A stretch of 40,269 bases of DNA from Dehalococcoidales bacterium (GCA_035529875.1 DATKVW010000101.1:1-40269); one strand, 5' to 3'. Shown: positions 18,390-29,103, counted from the first letter of the stretch. The notes: generated from the letters alone by a model not told the origin. Made by a program: numbers and translations.

Positions 18390-18943
18390 TATTTCCCCTT
18401 ACCTATCACCTTACCTGCTTTACCTGCCTTAAGGCGCACTTGCTCGCCAACATATCGGATACCCTTACCTTTATAGGCATCAGGGCGACGAATAGCTCGG
18501 ATTTCCGCCGCCATCTCACCAACCACATCCTTCTCAATTCCGCTAACCTTGATGCGATTGCTCCCCTCAACCGACAGAGATATACCCGGTAAGGGTGATA
18601 CCTCCACCGGATGGGAATATCCAACACGGATTACCAGCTTATCTCCTGCCTTCTCGGCTCGATAACCCACACCCACTATTTCCAGATTCTTCTCAAAACC
18701 ACTGGCTACCCCTTCCACCATATTAGCCAGAAGGCTTCGTGTCAGTCCGTGCAGGGAACGGTGCTGACGACTATCACTGGGTCTTGATACCGTGAGGGTA
18801 TTATTATCCAGAGTAATAGCCATATCCGGGTTAAAATGACGGTAAAGCTCACCCTTAGCTCCGGCTACGGTGACCTCACTCTGGTCAATTTTTACGGACA
18901 CACCTTGTGGTACTGTTATCGGCATCCGACCTATCCTAGACAT
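18389..18943 (-). CDS. rplF: 50S ribosomal protein L6
   Basis: [17 protein letters not shown]...GYSHPVE. Confidence 0.95.
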   Translation of the reverse strand: MSRIGRMPITVPQGVSVKIDQSEVTVAGAKGELYRHFNPDMAITLDNNTLTVSRPSDSRQHRSLHGLTRSLLANMVEGVASGFEKNLEIVGVGYRAEKAGDKLVIRVGYSHPVEVSPLPGISLSVEGSNRIKVSGIEKDVVGEMAAEIRAIRRPDAYKGKGIRYVGEQVRLKAGKAGKVIGKGK

Positions 18944-18964
18944 CTATATCTCTCCAACTTCGTC

Positions 18965-19363
18965 TTACCATACATAGCATAAAAGCTCGCCGCCAATCCC
19001 ACGCTGCCAGGCCTGGTGTCCCGTCATCACACCCTGGGATGTGGAAACAATAGCCACACCCAAGCCCCCGTAAACCCGGGGAACTTCCTTTCGCTGAACA
19101 TGCACCCTTAACCCGGGCTTGCTTACCCGCTCCAACCCGGAAAGGATTGGCTGATTTTTATCATCGTATTTGAGATGGATTTTAATCATTCGGTATGGCT
19201 TGGCTTTGAGCACCTCATAATCAGTAATAAAACCCTCGTCTTTAAGGACACCAGCAATTGACAGCTTTGTCCTTGAGGTGGGTATCAATACCGAATCATG
19301 CCTGGCCATAATGGCATTGCGTATCCGGGTCAGCATATCTGCTATTGGATCAGAAATAGTCAC
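18965..19363 (-). CDS. rpsH: 30S ribosomal protein S8
   Basis: [13 protein letters not shown]...GGELLCYVW. Confidence 0.95.
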   Translation of the reverse strand: MTISDPIADMLTRIRNAIMARHDSVLIPTSRTKLSIAGVLKDEGFITDYEVLKAKPYRMIKIHLKYDDKNQPILSGLERVSKPGLRVHVQRKEVPRVYGGLGVAIVSTSQGVMTGHQAWQRGIGGELLCYVW

Positions 19364-19404
19364 TGTTAACCCCTTACTTTATACTCCTTTTATCGTATTT
19401 TTAG

Positions 19405-19590
19405 CTACCAGCTCGATTTCCGCGTTCCGGGAATCTGACCGGCAAGAGCCAGCTTGCGAAAACAAATGCGACATAGACCGAATTTGCGAATGTAGGCGTG
19501 AGGTCGACCGCACAAGTGGCACCGATTATGCTGCTGTACTTTATATTTAGCAGGACGTTCCGACTTTACAATCTTTGACCTTTTAGCCAT
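19405..19590 (-). CDS. rpsN: 30S ribosomal protein S14, type Z (zinc form)
   Basis: 61 aa with CHLCGRP...CRICFR. Confidence 0.95.
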   Translation of the reverse strand: MAKRSKIVKSERPAKYKVQQHNRCHLCGRPHAYIRKFGLCRICFRKLALAGQIPGTRKSSW

Positions 19591-19601
19591 TTATCCTCCG
19601 C

Positions 19602-20144
19602 TCAATCCTTTTGAAACGGCACACCCAGTGCCTCCAGTAGATTTCTAGCCTCTTCATCTGTCTCCGCGGTGGTAACGATTGATACCTCTAGCCCCCGCGC
19701 CTTGTCTATCTTATCATAGTCTATCTCAGGAAAGATAACCTGCTCCTTAACCCCCAAGGTGTAGTTACCCCGCCCATCAAAGGAGTTTTGGGAAACCCCC
19801 TGAAACTCACGCATACGGGGTAAGGCAGCATTGACCAGTTTATCCAAAAAGTCATACATGCGTTCTCCGCGCAGGGTTACCATTAACCCAATGGGCATCC
19901 CTGACCTCAGCTTGAAGGCAGCGATAGACCTCTTGGCTCGGGTGGTTACCGGGTGCTGCCCCGAAATAGTAGCCAAGTCCCGTTCGGCCGCTTCCAGGGC
20001 TTTAACATTCTGAGTTGCCTCACCCATGCCAATATTGAGCACCACCTTATCCAGGCGCGGTACCTGCATTACATTTTCATAGCCTCCAGACTTCACCAGC
20101 TGGGGGATAATCTCTGTCTTATATCTTTCCCTGAGTCGTGACAT
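19602..20144 (-). CDS. rplE: 50S ribosomal protein L5
   Basis: [16 protein letters not shown]...NIGMGEA. Confidence 0.95.
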   Translation of the reverse strand: MSRLRERYKTEIIPQLVKSGGYENVMQVPRLDKVVLNIGMGEATQNVKALEAAERDLATISGQHPVTTRAKRSIAAFKLRSGMPIGLMVTLRGERMYDFLDKLVNAALPRMREFQGVSQNSFDGRGNYTLGVKEQVIFPEIDYDKIDKARGLEVSIVTTAETDEEARNLLEALGVPFQKD

Positions 20145-20456
20145 TTAATCAATTATCTCGCCGCAGGAGCGACAAACTCGAACCTTTCTTCCATCGGTTA
20201 ATATTTGAAAGCCAATCCGGGTGGGGTGATTACACCGGCTGCACAGCAGCATGACATCGGACACCTGAATCGGTGCCTCACGCTCTATTATACCTGCCTG
20301 CCTGACACCCTTGGTGGCTCTGGTATGCCTTTTGATAAAGTTGATACCTTCAACCAATAACCGTTCATCTTTAGGGTAAGCAAAGCGCACCTTGCCCTTT
20401 TTGCCTCTGTCCTTACCAGCAATGACCAGCACGGTATCGTTCTTTCTAATCTTCAT
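20145..20456 (-). CDS. rplX: 50S ribosomal protein L24 (Cys4 form)
   Basis: KOW motif VLVIAGKDRGKKGKV. The C-terminal half carries CSRC...CRSCG. Confidence 0.95.
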   Translation of the reverse strand: MKIRKNDTVLVIAGKDRGKKGKVRFAYPKDERLLVEGINFIKRHTRATKGVRQAGIIEREAPIQVSDVMLLCSRCNHPTRIGFQILTDGRKVRVCRSCGEIID

Positions 20457-20468
20457 AGCTTGACTGCC

Positions 20469-20837
20469 TCATAATACCTCAGGTGCTAATGATATAATCT
20501 TGGTAAAATTTTTATCCCTCAACTCTCGAGCCACCGGTCCAAATATCCTGGTTCCCTTAGGGTTATTCTTATCAGTAAGAATTACGGCAGCATTTTCGTC
20601 AAACCTGATATAAGAACCATCAGGACGCCGGAATGGTTGAGCACAACGAACGATAACTGCCCGAACCACATCCCCCTTTTTCACTCCAGCGTTGGGGATA
20701 GCCCGCTTGACCGAGGCTACAATAACATCACCCACGCGCGCATATCTCCTCCCGGTACCACCCAGCACATTAATACACATAAGCTGCCGAGCACCGGTAT
20801 TATCTGCCGCCTTGAGTCTAGTATATGTTTGAATCAT
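20469..20837 (-). CDS. rplN: 50S ribosomal protein L14
   Basis: [17 protein letters not shown]. Confidence 0.95.
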   Translation of the reverse strand: MIQTYTRLKAADNTGARQLMCINVLGGTGRRYARVGDVIVASVKRAIPNAGVKKGDVVRAVIVRCAQPFRRPDGSYIRFDENAAVILTDKNNPKGTRIFGPVARELRDKNFTKIISLAPEVL

Positions 20838-20861
20838 CTTAACTCTATCCTAAAACCGATT

Positions 20862-21143
20862 TCAGGTTAATTCTTCAGGCTGAACCTCCACCACCTCTCG
20901 CCTGGTTATTATCTCAGCCACTCGCCAGCATTTCTCCCGTGACAGGGGACGGGTTTCTATAATTCTGACTATATCCCCCAGCTTACACTCATTATTTCCA
21001 TCATGAGCCTTGTATCTAACCACTCGCTTAATAGTTTTATGGTAGAGTGGGTGGCGTTTGGGGGTTTCCACTGCCACCACTACCGTCTTATCCATCTTAT
21101 TACTTACCACACGACCAAGCCTGATTTTGCGCTTACTTTCCAT
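20862..21143 (-). CDS. rpsQ: 30S ribosomal protein S17
   Basis: [17 protein letters not shown]...HPLYHK. Confidence 0.95.
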   Translation of the reverse strand: MESKRKIRLGRVVSNKMDKTVVVAVETPKRHPLYHKTIKRVVRYKAHDGNNECKLGDIVRIIETRPLSREKCWRVAEIITRREVVEVQPEELT

Positions 21144-21147
21144 AGTC

Positions 21148-21351
21148 TTAAACCTGCCTTATACCCAGCTCCTTCTCCCTCATTATGGTCTCGAGCAAGG
21201 CGATTTTCCTTTTAGTCACTCTAATCTGGCGGTGATTTACCAATTGCTTAGCCGCCAAGCGGAGACGGAGATTAAAAAACTCCTGGCGAGTTGCCTCCAG
21301 CTGTTTTGTCAATTCCTCAGTACTGAGAGCTCTAATTTCCGCTACCTTCAA
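21148..21351 (-). CDS. rpmC: 50S ribosomal protein L29
   Basis: [27 protein letters not shown]; TTG start. Confidence 0.92.
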   Translation of the reverse strand: MKVAEIRALSTEELTKQLEATRQEFFNLRLRLAAKQLVNHRQIRVTKRKIALLETIMREKELGIRQV

Positions 21352-21356
21352 CTGGA

Positions 21357-21803
21357 CTAACCCCCTATTACCGAACTACCAGCCGCAACCACACCGGTCT
21401 CCTTTACCACAAACCTGGTGGCTATGGGGAGTTTATATGAAGCAAGGCGCATCGCCTCTCGGGCTAGTTCCTCACCAACTCCACCTATTTCAAATATAAT
21501 CCGGTCCGGTTTAACCACAGCTACCCAATGGTCGGGAGCACCCTTGCCCCCACCCATACGAGTCTCCGCCGGTTTCTTACTAACCGGTTTATCCGGGAAA
21601 ACACGTATCCAGACATTGCCACCCCGGCGAAGGTGATGGGTAATGGCTCGCCGGGCAGACTCAATTTGTTGGCTGGTAACCCAGGCTGCCGCTAACGCCT
21701 GCAAACCAAAATCGCCAAAATTAATTACATTCCCCGCCTGGGCTCTACCCCGGCGGTGTCCTTTATGAGACTTCCGATATTTAACTCGTTTCGGTTGTAG
21801 CAT
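21357..21803 (-). CDS. rplP: 50S ribosomal protein L16
   Basis: [19 protein letters not shown]. Confidence 0.95.
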   Translation of the reverse strand: MLQPKRVKYRKSHKGHRRGRAQAGNVINFGDFGLQALAAAWVTSQQIESARRAITHHLRRGGNVWIRVFPDKPVSKKPAETRMGGGKGAPDHWVAVVKPDRIIFEIGGVGEELAREAMRLASYKLPIATRFVVKETGVVAAGSSVIGG

Positions 21804-22701
21804 CTTGCCCCTCTGATTCTACTGAAGTAGCCGCAGTATCGGCTGCCTTCTTCCTTCTCCTTACCGGCTTCTTGGGCTTCTCCTCTGCTTCCGCAGGGGG
21901 TGCCGTTTCTACAGCTTTTTCGGCTACCGGTTCAGCCACTTTTTTCACAGCTTTTTTCGCTGCCGGTTCAGCTGGCTTTTCTACTGCTGGCTCAACGACA
22001 CCAGCAGGTTCTACGCTTACCGCCGCTTCAGCGGCTAACTCCGCAGGTGCTTCCTCAACTTCTTCTACCTTAGGTTCGGGAAGAATATCACCCTTATATA
22101 TCCACACCTTTACTCCGATTCGACCGAGGGTAGTATGTGCTTCGGTAAAGCCATAATCAATATCTGCCCGCAGGGTATGCAGCGGCACCTGCCCTTCATG
22201 CATAATCTGAGTGCGAGCTATCTCAGCACCAGCCAGTCTACCAGCACAACAGACCCTTATTCCCTTAGCCCCAGCCTGAATAGTACGGAAAATTGCCTGT
22301 TTCATAGCCCGACGATAAGCAATGCGGCGTTCAATCTGATCCGCTATTGCCCTGGCTACCAGAAAAGCGTCAAGCTCAGGCTGCCGAACCTCCTGAATAT
22401 TCAATCGAATCTTCTTCCCAATGAGGCCCTCAAGGTAAGACCTCACTTCGTCAACTCGCTGTCCTCCCCGTCCGATAACAACACCAGGTCGAGAGGTGTT
22501 GATGGTTATCGACACCTCATTTGTCTGGCGGTCAATCTGAACCAGTGAAACGCCAGCATCAACATACTTGGACCAGATAGCCCGGCGAAGCTTCAGGTCT
22601 TCTTCCAAAAAAGCAGCGTACTGCTTGTCAGCGTACCACTTCGCCTGCCAATCACGGATAACCCCAATTCTAAAACCTGTAGGATGAACCTTATGTCCCA
22701 T
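21781..22701 (-). CDS. rpsC: 30S ribosomal protein S3 with a long low-complexity C-terminal extension
   Basis: [24 protein letters not shown] and the KH domain [10 protein letters not shown]. The conserved core ends near aa 207 and is followed by about 99 aa rich in A, E, P, K and V. The 3' end overlaps the rplP start by 23 nt. Confidence 0.93.
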   Translation of the reverse strand: MGHKVHPTGFRIGVIRDWQAKWYADKQYAAFLEEDLKLRRAIWSKYVDAGVSLVQIDRQTNEVSITINTSRPGVVIGRGGQRVDEVRSYLEGLIGKKIRLNIQEVRQPELDAFLVARAIADQIERRIAYRRAMKQAIFRTIQAGAKGIRVCCAGRLAGAEIARTQIMHEGQVPLHTLRADIDYGFTEAHTTLGRIGVKVWIYKGDILPEPKVEEVEEAPAELAAEAAVSVEPAGVVEPAVEKPAEPAAKKAVKKVAEPVAEKAVETAPPAEAEEKPKKPVRRRKKAADTAATSVESEGQDATTETS

Positions 22702-23040
22702 TTAACCTTCCTGCTCAGCAACAATAACTGTAATATGGCTAGAACGCTTAAGGATAGGTCCTACTCGCGACCTAGCCCGTGGACGATGCCGCTTTAGAGT
22801 TTGTGCCTCATCGGCAAAGATACTAACAATCTTTAAATCGGAAGGAGACATCTGAAAATTGTTGTCAGCATTAGCTGCCGCTGATTTCACCACCTTAGCG
22901 ACCACCCGGGCTGCCGGTGACGGGGCAAATTTAAGAATGGTTAACGCTTCGTCCACCCTTTTGCCGCGCACCATGTCCACCCACGGACGCACCTTGCGAG
23001 GTGATATACCAGTATCTTTAGCTACCGCACTCACTTCCAT
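22702..23040 (-). CDS. rplV: 50S ribosomal protein L22
   Basis: ISPRKVRPWVDMVRGKRVDEALTILKF. Confidence 0.95.
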   Translation of the reverse strand: MEVSAVAKDTGISPRKVRPWVDMVRGKRVDEALTILKFAPSPAARVVAKVVKSAAANADNNFQMSPSDLKIVSIFADEAQTLKRHRPRARSRVGPILKRSSHITVIVAEQEG

Positions 23041-23052
23041 GCTATACCCTGT

Positions 23053-23352
23053 TTAAACCTGCCTTCCCTTTCTTACCGGAACGGTTCTTTCTATCCTAGT
23101 GGTATGTCCCCTGAAGGTCCGAGTTAAGGCGAACTCACCTAATTTATGTCCTACCATATTCTCGGTAATAAAGATGGGCACATGCCTTCTGCCATCGTGC
23201 ACCCCAATAGTAAGCCCCACCATCTGAGGCAGAATAGTAGATGCGCGTGACCAGGTTTTTATCACCGCCTTCTGACCGGAGCGGTTAAGCATCTCTACCT
23301 TTTTCAGCAGTTTAGCATCAATGGCTGGTCCCTTCTTAATCGACCTTGACAT
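23053..23352 (-). CDS. rpsS: 30S ribosomal protein S19
   Basis: [12 protein letters not shown]...[16 protein letters not shown]. Confidence 0.95.
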   Translation of the reverse strand: MSRSIKKGPAIDAKLLKKVEMLNRSGQKAVIKTWSRASTILPQMVGLTIGVHDGRRHVPIFITENMVGHKLGEFALTRTFRGHTTRIERTVPVRKGRQV

Positions 23353-23357
23353 CTTGA

Positions 23358-24185
23358 CTACTTCCCCCTGCGCTTAACAATCATTTTATCTGAAGCCTTT
23401 GCCTTGCGAGTTTTATAGCCTAACGCTGGCTTTCCCCACGGCGTTTTAGGCCCGGGCATACCTATCGGTGATCTACCTTCGCCACCACCATGAGGATGGT
23501 CACGGGGGCTCATCGCCGAACCCCTCACTGTAGGTCGCCAGCCCATCCACCGTTTGCGACCGGCTTTACCCAGATTAATATTCTGATGGTCAACATTTCC
23601 TATCTGACCAATGGTAGCCAGACAATCGCTGCGGAATCGCCGCACTTCACTGGAGGGTAATCTAACCAGAACGCTCTCACCCTCTTTAGTCATCAACTGA
23701 GCGCTGTTCCCGGCACTCCGCACCAATCGCCCTCCTCTTCCCCTCTCCAGCTCAATATTATGGATTGGGGTGCCGCTGGGGATTAATCTCATGGGTAAAC
23801 AATTCCCCGGCTTTATTTCAGCATCATCGCCTGACTTTACCGTATCCCCAACGTTAAGTTCCAAAGGAGCCAGGATATAACGTTTCTCACCATCAGCATA
23901 ATAAATTAAGGCAATCCGCGCCGAACGGTTGGGGTCATACTCAATAGACACCACTCTGCCCGGAACACCAATCTTATCCCGCTTAAAGTCGATTACACGA
24001 AGCATCCGCTTCGCTCCGCCGCCCCGATGGCGAACAGTTATCCTCCCCTGATTATTACGTCCCGCCCTCTTCCTGATAGGCAGCAGCAGTGATTTTTCCG
24101 GCTTACCTCTGGTTATTTCCTCAAAGGTAGCGCCGGTCATACCACGTCTGCCGGGAGAAGTGGGACGATATTCCTTTAATGCCAT
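23358..24185 (-). CDS. rplB: 50S ribosomal protein L2
   Basis: RHRGGGAKR...[14 protein letters not shown]. Confidence 0.95.
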   Translation of the reverse strand: MALKEYRPTSPGRRGMTGATFEEITRGKPEKSLLLPIRKRAGRNNQGRITVRHRGGGAKRMLRVIDFKRDKIGVPGRVVSIEYDPNRSARIALIYYADGEKRYILAPLELNVGDTVKSGDDAEIKPGNCLPMRLIPSGTPIHNIELERGRGGRLVRSAGNSAQLMTKEGESVLVRLPSSEVRRFRSDCLATIGQIGNVDHQNINLGKAGRKRWMGWRPTVRGSAMSPRDHPHGGGEGRSPIGMPGPKTPWGKPALGYKTRKAKASDKMIVKRRGK

Positions 24186-24188
24186 CGT

Positions 24189-24473
24189 TTAAACACCTTC
24201 AAATAGTTCAATCTTATTCCCTGGCTTGAGGGTAACAACCGCCTTTTTCCAGGACTGAGTTTGCACCACCCGCCTACCTATCCGGCGCGTTTTACCGGGC
24301 ACCCTCATTATATTAACTGCAAGCACCTTGACATTAAACGCCTTTTCCACTGCCTGTTTGATCTGATGTTTATCAGCCTCACTGGCTACCACAAAGGAAT
24401 ATTTACCCTGGGCGTGAAGCCCGGTACTTTTCTCAGTTATTGATGGATAGCGTAATACTTCGTAAAGATGCAC
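24189..24473 (-). CDS. rplW: 50S ribosomal protein L23
   Basis: YPSITEKST...[10 protein letters not shown]; GTG start. Confidence 0.93.
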   Translation of the reverse strand: MHLYEVLRYPSITEKSTGLHAQGKYSFVVASEADKHQIKQAVEKAFNVKVLAVNIMRVPGKTRRIGRRVVQTQSWKKAVVTLKPGNKIELFEGV

Positions 24474-24482
24474 TGTTTCCCC

Positions 24483-25109
24483 CTAGGACAAACTCTCTCC
24501 CCACAGTTTTTCCACGGTCTGCACCCCAGCTACGGGCATCAACAACCTCTTATAGGTAAGGAGGTCTGCCACATTGAGTAGATTTGCGGGCACAGTCTTA
24601 ATCTCCGGTAAGTTACGTGCTGATTTAATTACACTTGGCTCAGAGGTAGCGATAAGGGCAGAAGAATCCACCCCCATTACCGTCAGAATCCGCTCCATTT
24701 CCTTAGTTTGAGGCTCATCAAGCTTAAGCTGGTCTAAAACCACCAATTCGCCATCCCTGGCCTTAGCTGATAGAATACATCTTATCGCCAGCCGACGCAT
24801 CTTTTTGGGCATTGCCTGCCGGTAGCTCCTCGGCTTGGGACCGAAAATAACCCCACCTCCCCGCCGCAGTGGTGATTTTCTGCTGCCAGCCCGGGCCTGA
24901 CCGGTGTGCTTCTGGCGGAATAGCTTTGCCTTACTACCGGCAACCTCACCCCGAGTCTTGGTGCTGGCTGTTCCCTGACGGGCATTTGCCTGCTGCCTTA
25001 CCATTGCCTGATGCACCACTGCTTCATTAAACGGCACGGCAAAAACCTGGTCGCTTATGTCAATATGCTTCACTACCTCGCCATCAATATTATGAACTGG
25101 AATCCGCAC
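24483..25109 (-). CDS. rplD: 50S ribosomal protein L4
   Basis: QRQGTASTKTRGEVAGS..KLFRQKHTGQARAGS; overlaps the rplC 3' end by 20 nt. Confidence 0.95.
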   Translation of the reverse strand: MRIPVHNIDGEVVKHIDISDQVFAVPFNEAVVHQAMVRQQANARQGTASTKTRGEVAGSKAKLFRQKHTGQARAGSRKSPLRRGGGVIFGPKPRSYRQAMPKKMRRLAIRCILSAKARDGELVVLDQLKLDEPQTKEMERILTVMGVDSSALIATSEPSVIKSARNLPEIKTVPANLLNVADLLTYKRLLMPVAGVQTVEKLWGESLS

Positions 25110-25749
25110 TTTCCTTCTCCGTTTTACCCGATTTCCTGATTAACAGTAGCCCATTCTTAGCCCCGGGCACAGCCCCCCTAACCAGAAGGAGATTGCGCTC
25201 AGGATTAGCTTTAAACACCGTTAAGTGACGTACCGTCACTCTATTATCTCCCATATGTCCTGCCATACGCATCCCTTTAAGCACCCTGCCCGGAGAGGCA
25301 CTAGCCCCTATGGAACCGGGGGCACGGTGCCGGTCAGACTGCCCGTGTGTCTTGGGACCACCGGCAAAACCATATCGTTTGACCACGCCAGCAAAGCCTT
25401 TACCTTTGGACAACCCGGTAATCTCAACCAAGTCGCCTTCCTTAAATAGGCTGACATCAACTTGCTGTCCTAGTTCAACGGCTTCCATATCATCTATTCT
25501 AAATTCACGCAGGTATTTAAACTGACCCAGCTCCTTGAGATGTCCCCGCTGGGAAGACTTAAGCCGTTTGGCCTCACCAAATCCAAGCTGAACGGCATTA
25601 TATCCTTCTTTAGCCACAGTTTTAACCTGGATTACAATGCACGGTCCAGCTTCAATAGCGGTTACCGCTTCTGCTTCGCCGTTATCACTAAACACCTGGG
25701 TCATACCTATTTTTCTACCGATAATACCGGGTACCATTCTTTGTGCCAT
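25090..25749 (-). CDS. rplC: 50S ribosomal protein L3
   Basis: GIIGRKIGMTQVF...SKGKGFAGVVKRYGF. Confidence 0.95.
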   Translation of the reverse strand: MAQRMVPGIIGRKIGMTQVFSDNGEAEAVTAIEAGPCIVIQVKTVAKEGYNAVQLGFGEAKRLKSSQRGHLKELGQFKYLREFRIDDMEAVELGQQVDVSLFKEGDLVEITGLSKGKGFAGVVKRYGFAGGPKTHGQSDRHRAPGSIGASASPGRVLKGMRMAGHMGDNRVTVRHLTVFKANPERNLLLVRGAVPGAKNGLLLIRKSGKTEKESADSSS

Positions 25750-25760
25750 CCTATCATTGG

Positions 25761-26069
25761 TTACAACTTGATATCTATATCAACCCCTGAGGGTAAGTTA
25801 AGATTAGCTAAAGAGTCTATCGTCTTAGAAGTCGTCTCTACGATATCAATAAGACGCTTATGGGTTCGGATTTCAAACTGCTCCTGCGAGTCCTTATCTA
25901 TAAACGGGGAGCGAATAACACTGAACTTCTTAATACGGGTAGGCAACGGTACCGGTCCAGAAACAACGGCACCAGTACGCTCCACCGCAGCTACAATCTG
26001 CTCAGCAGATTGGTCAAGTATCTTATGGTCGTAACTCTTTAGCTTGATACGAATCTTCTGTTTCGGCAT
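25761..26069 (-). CDS. rpsJ: 30S ribosomal protein S10
   Basis: [16 protein letters not shown]...[23 protein letters not shown]. Confidence 0.95.
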   Translation of the reverse strand: MPKQKIRIKLKSYDHKILDQSAEQIVAAVERTGAVVSGPVPLPTRIKKFSVIRSPFIDKDSQEQFEIRTHKRLIDIVETTSKTIDSLANLNLPSGVDIDIKL

Positions 26070-26075
26070 ACTAAA

Positions 26076-28151
26076 TTACCTTCCCCCTGTAGCTTTAATC
26101 TTGTCTGCCTGTTGAGCCGGTAGCTCCTGGTAGCGATAAAATTCCATAGAATGGTTGGCTCTACCCTGAGTTAGTGACCGGAGAGCAGTGGCATAGCCAA
26201 AGGTTTCAGCTAAGGGAATAAAGGAATGAATGATGCATGATTCACCCTGTGTCTCAATAGCTTCAATTTGTCCTCGTCGCGAGTTGAGGTTACCTATTAT
26301 ATCACCAAGAAACTGTTTTGGAGAAACCACTTCCAGCTTCATAACAGGCTCAAGGAGTACAGGCTTGGCTTTCATAACGCCATTCTTTAGTGCCATTGAG
26401 CCAGCCATTCTAAAGGCTAGCTCTGAAGAATCAACCTCATGATAGCTACCATCGTAAAGGGTTGTTTTAATATCGACCACAGGGTAGCCAGCCAATACTC
26501 CGGTCTGCATGGCTTCTTTAATGCCGTTCTCAACCGCCGGGATATACTGCTTGGGCAGGACTCCACCTTTAATTTCGTCTATAAATTGAAAACCACTACC
26601 ACGTTCCCCGGGCTCAAATTCAACCCAGACACGACCATACTGCCCATGTCCACCGCTTTGTCGAACAAACTTCCCTTCAACCCGCACCGGTACAGTGATG
26701 GTCTCCTTAAAGGCAACCTGCGGCTTACCCACCTTCGCCTCCACCCTGAATTCACTAACTAATCTACGTATAATGACTTCTAGGTGGAGTTCCCCCATTC
26801 CTGAGATAAGAGTTTGCCCCGTCTCCTCGTTAAATTTCACCTTAAAAGTGGGGTCCTCCTCAGCCAACCGCTGCAGGGCCTCGCTCAGTTTATCCTGGTC
26901 AGCCCTGGTTTTAGGTTCGATAGCAATAGAGAGCACCGGCTCAGGGAAGCGAATAGATTCAAGGCGCACCGGCTGCGAATAATGGCACAGTGTATCACCG
27001 GTAAGAGTATCCTTAAGACCCAAGGTAGCAGCAATAGCGCCGGTGTCTACCTCAGCTATCTCTTCACGCCGATTGGCATGCATTAGTAGCAGCCGCCCGA
27101 TGCGTTCCCTCTTGCCTCGATTTGAATTAAATACCTGAGCCCCCACTTTCACCTTGCCTGAATACACCCTGAAATAGACCAAACGGCCCATGAATGGGTC
27201 GGTAACTACCTTAAAGGCTAAAGCTAAAAAGGGAGCATCATCTTTGGCGGGACGAGTAACCTTGCTCCCTGACCTGGCGTCAATGGCTGGTACTGGTGGC
27301 ATATCCAATGGGGAGGGAAGATAGTCTCTAATACTATCAAGTAATAGTTGAATGCCTTTATTTTTCAGGGCACTACCACATAGAATAGGCACTCCTTTGT
27401 TAGCCAGGGTTACCCTTCTCAGGGCTAGCCTTAGCTCAGCAGGAGTAATATCCCTGCCATCAAGATAAGCCGCCAGAATCTGGTCATCAATTTCAGCTAA
27501 TTTTTCAATTAGTGCCTGACGGAATTTACTACACGTTTCCTTCTCTGCATCAGGAATAGCTACTTCTTGCAGTTCTGAGTCAGGGCTACTGCTGGAGTGC
27601 CACATCTTATTCTCCACCAGGTCAATGACACCATCAAATGAGGCTTCACTACCCAGGGGTAATTGTATCGGCAGAGGTTTAGCCTCCAGCCGCTGCTCAA
27701 TCATTAACAAGGTACGATTGAAGTTGGCACCAACCCGGTCCATCTTATTAATGAAGCAAATCCTGGGCACTTTATATCTGTCTGCCTGCCGCCACACTGC
27801 CTCTGATTGAGCTTCCACCCCAGCCACCGCATCAAAAACCACCACCCCACCATCCAGCACCCTGAGGCTGCGTTCAACTTCAGCAGTAAAATCTACGTGC
27901 CCGGGGGTATCAATAATATTGATGCGATGCTCCTGCCAGTAACAGGTGGTAGCCGCCGCCGTAATGGTAATGCCGCGCTCCTTTTCCTGCTCCATCCAGT
28001 CCATCACTGCCGTCCCTTCGTCCACCTCACCAATCTTGTAAGTACAACCAGTACAATACAGTATTCTTTCGGTGACGGTGGTCTTACCGGCATCAATGTG
28101 AGCAATAATAGCTATATTTCGTATACGTTCTAATGGGAAACTTCTAGGCAT
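26076..28151 (-). CDS. fusA: Translation elongation factor G
   Basis: MPRSFPLERIRNIAIIAHIDAGKTT G1 motif, DTPGHVDF, and domains II-V through to the C-terminus. The ATG at 28151 lies 10 nt after the rpsG stop. The 93-codon upstream extension in the ORF track overlaps rpsG and is spurious. Confidence 0.95.
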   Translation of the reverse strand: MPRSFPLERIRNIAIIAHIDAGKTTVTERILYCTGCTYKIGEVDEGTAVMDWMEQEKERGITITAAATTCYWQEHRINIIDTPGHVDFTAEVERSLRVLDGGVVVFDAVAGVEAQSEAVWRQADRYKVPRICFINKMDRVGANFNRTLLMIEQRLEAKPLPIQLPLGSEASFDGVIDLVENKMWHSSSSPDSELQEVAIPDAEKETCSKFRQALIEKLAEIDDQILAAYLDGRDITPAELRLALRRVTLANKGVPILCGSALKNKGIQLLLDSIRDYLPSPLDMPPVPAIDARSGSKVTRPAKDDAPFLALAFKVVTDPFMGRLVYFRVYSGKVKVGAQVFNSNRGKRERIGRLLLMHANRREEIAEVDTGAIAATLGLKDTLTGDTLCHYSQPVRLESIRFPEPVLSIAIEPKTRADQDKLSEALQRLAEEDPTFKVKFNEETGQTLISGMGELHLEVIIRRLVSEFRVEAKVGKPQVAFKETITVPVRVEGKFVRQSGGHGQYGRVWVEFEPGERGSGFQFIDEIKGGVLPKQYIPAVENGIKEAMQTGVLAGYPVVDIKTTLYDGSYHEVDSSELAFRMAGSMALKNGVMKAKPVLLEPVMKLEVVSPKQFLGDIIGNLNSRRGQIEAIETQGESCIIHSFIPLAETFGYATALRSLTQGRANHSMEFYRYQELPAQQADKIKATGGR

Positions 28152-28161
28152 AAATAACCCC

Positions 28162-28632
28162 TCACCATCTATAGTGGGCAAAGGCTCTATTGGCTTCAGC
28201 CATGCGGTGAGTGTCCTCACGCTTTTTAATAGTTGCCCCCTCCCCTTTTGAGGCATCCATAAGTTCAGCCGCCAGTTTCTCGGCCATAGATTTGCCGGCT
28301 CTGGCTCTGGCTGATTTTGCCAGCCAGCGTAGCGCCAGAGAAAAGCTGCGCTCAGGTCGAACCTCCACCGGTACCTGATAGGTGGCACCCCCAACCCGTC
28401 GCGGCTTAACCTCAAGCAGAGGTGCGGCATTCCTTACCGCCTTTTCTAGAATGCTAACTGGCTCTTTGGACTCCTTCTGTTCCATAATCTGTAAAGCACC
28501 ATATACTATTTTCTCGGCAGTGCTTTTTTTGCCGCATATCATTAATCTATTAATCACCCTGGCTACAGTATCATTGTTATATTTAGCATCAGGGGATATC
28601 TCTCTTTTTAGAGCTCGAGCTCGTCTTGGCAT
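28162..28632 (-). CDS. rpsG: 30S ribosomal protein S7
   Basis: MPRRARALKREISPDAKYNN...AFAHYRW. Confidence 0.95.
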   Translation of the reverse strand: MPRRARALKREISPDAKYNNDTVARVINRLMICGKKSTAEKIVYGALQIMEQKESKEPVSILEKAVRNAAPLLEVKPRRVGGATYQVPVEVRPERSFSLALRWLAKSARARAGKSMAEKLAAELMDASKGEGATIKKREDTHRMAEANRAFAHYRW

Positions 28633-28646
28633 CTTACTCCTTTAAT

Positions 28647-29078
28647 TCAAGCACTCTCCACCGTAGCTTTAGCTTGTTTAGTACCATACTTACTGCGTCC
28701 CTGACAGCGGTTAGCCACACCGCTGGTATCCAGCGCTCCTCGGACGATGTGATAGCGGACACCAGGCAAATCTTTTACCCGCCCGCCGCGAATCAAAACC
28801 ACCGAGTGTTCCTGTAGCTCATGCCCCTCACCGGGAATATAAGCAGTTACCTCAATACCATTAGTCAGCCTTACCCTGGCTATTTTGCGCAACGCCGAAT
28901 TGGGCTTCTTGGGGGTAGTCGTTTTAACCTGAATGCAGACACCTCGCTTCTGCGGAGAACCCTTCCCCTGTACCACCCTATTCTTCAACGCATTATAGGT
29001 AAACCCCAGTGCCGGCGACTTGGTTTTCTTGATAACCCTCTTACGCCCTTTTCGAACAAGTTGATTAATTGTAGGCAT
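28647..29078 (-). CDS. rpsL: 30S ribosomal protein S12
   Basis: [13 protein letters not shown] preceded by GGGAGGA, and [10 protein letters not shown]. It carries the longer (Bacillus-type) segment between SPAL and PQKRGVC. The ORF-track start at 29129 lies in a leader hairpin. Confidence 0.95.
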   Translation of the reverse strand: MPTINQLVRKGRKRVIKKTKSPALGFTYNALKNRVVQGKGSPQKRGVCIQVKTTTPKKPNSALRKIARVRLTNGIEVTAYIPGEGHELQEHSVVLIRGGRVKDLPGVRYHIVRGALDTSGVANRCQGRSKYGTKQAKATVESA

Positions 29079-29103
29079 CCTTATCCTCCCAATCACACAA
29101 GTT

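Noticed and set aside
21872-22156. A 94-aa Ala/Ser/Gly/Thr-rich ORF on the plus strand.
   Set aside because: It is the antisense reading of the low-complexity S3 tail, an expected artefact of a GC-rich repetitive coding sequence.
28152-28430. A 93-codon N-terminal extension of the fusA ORF.
   Set aside because: It overlaps almost all of the 3' part of rpsG in another frame. EF-G starts at the conserved MPRSFPLERIRNIAIIAHIDAGKTT, right after the rpsG stop.
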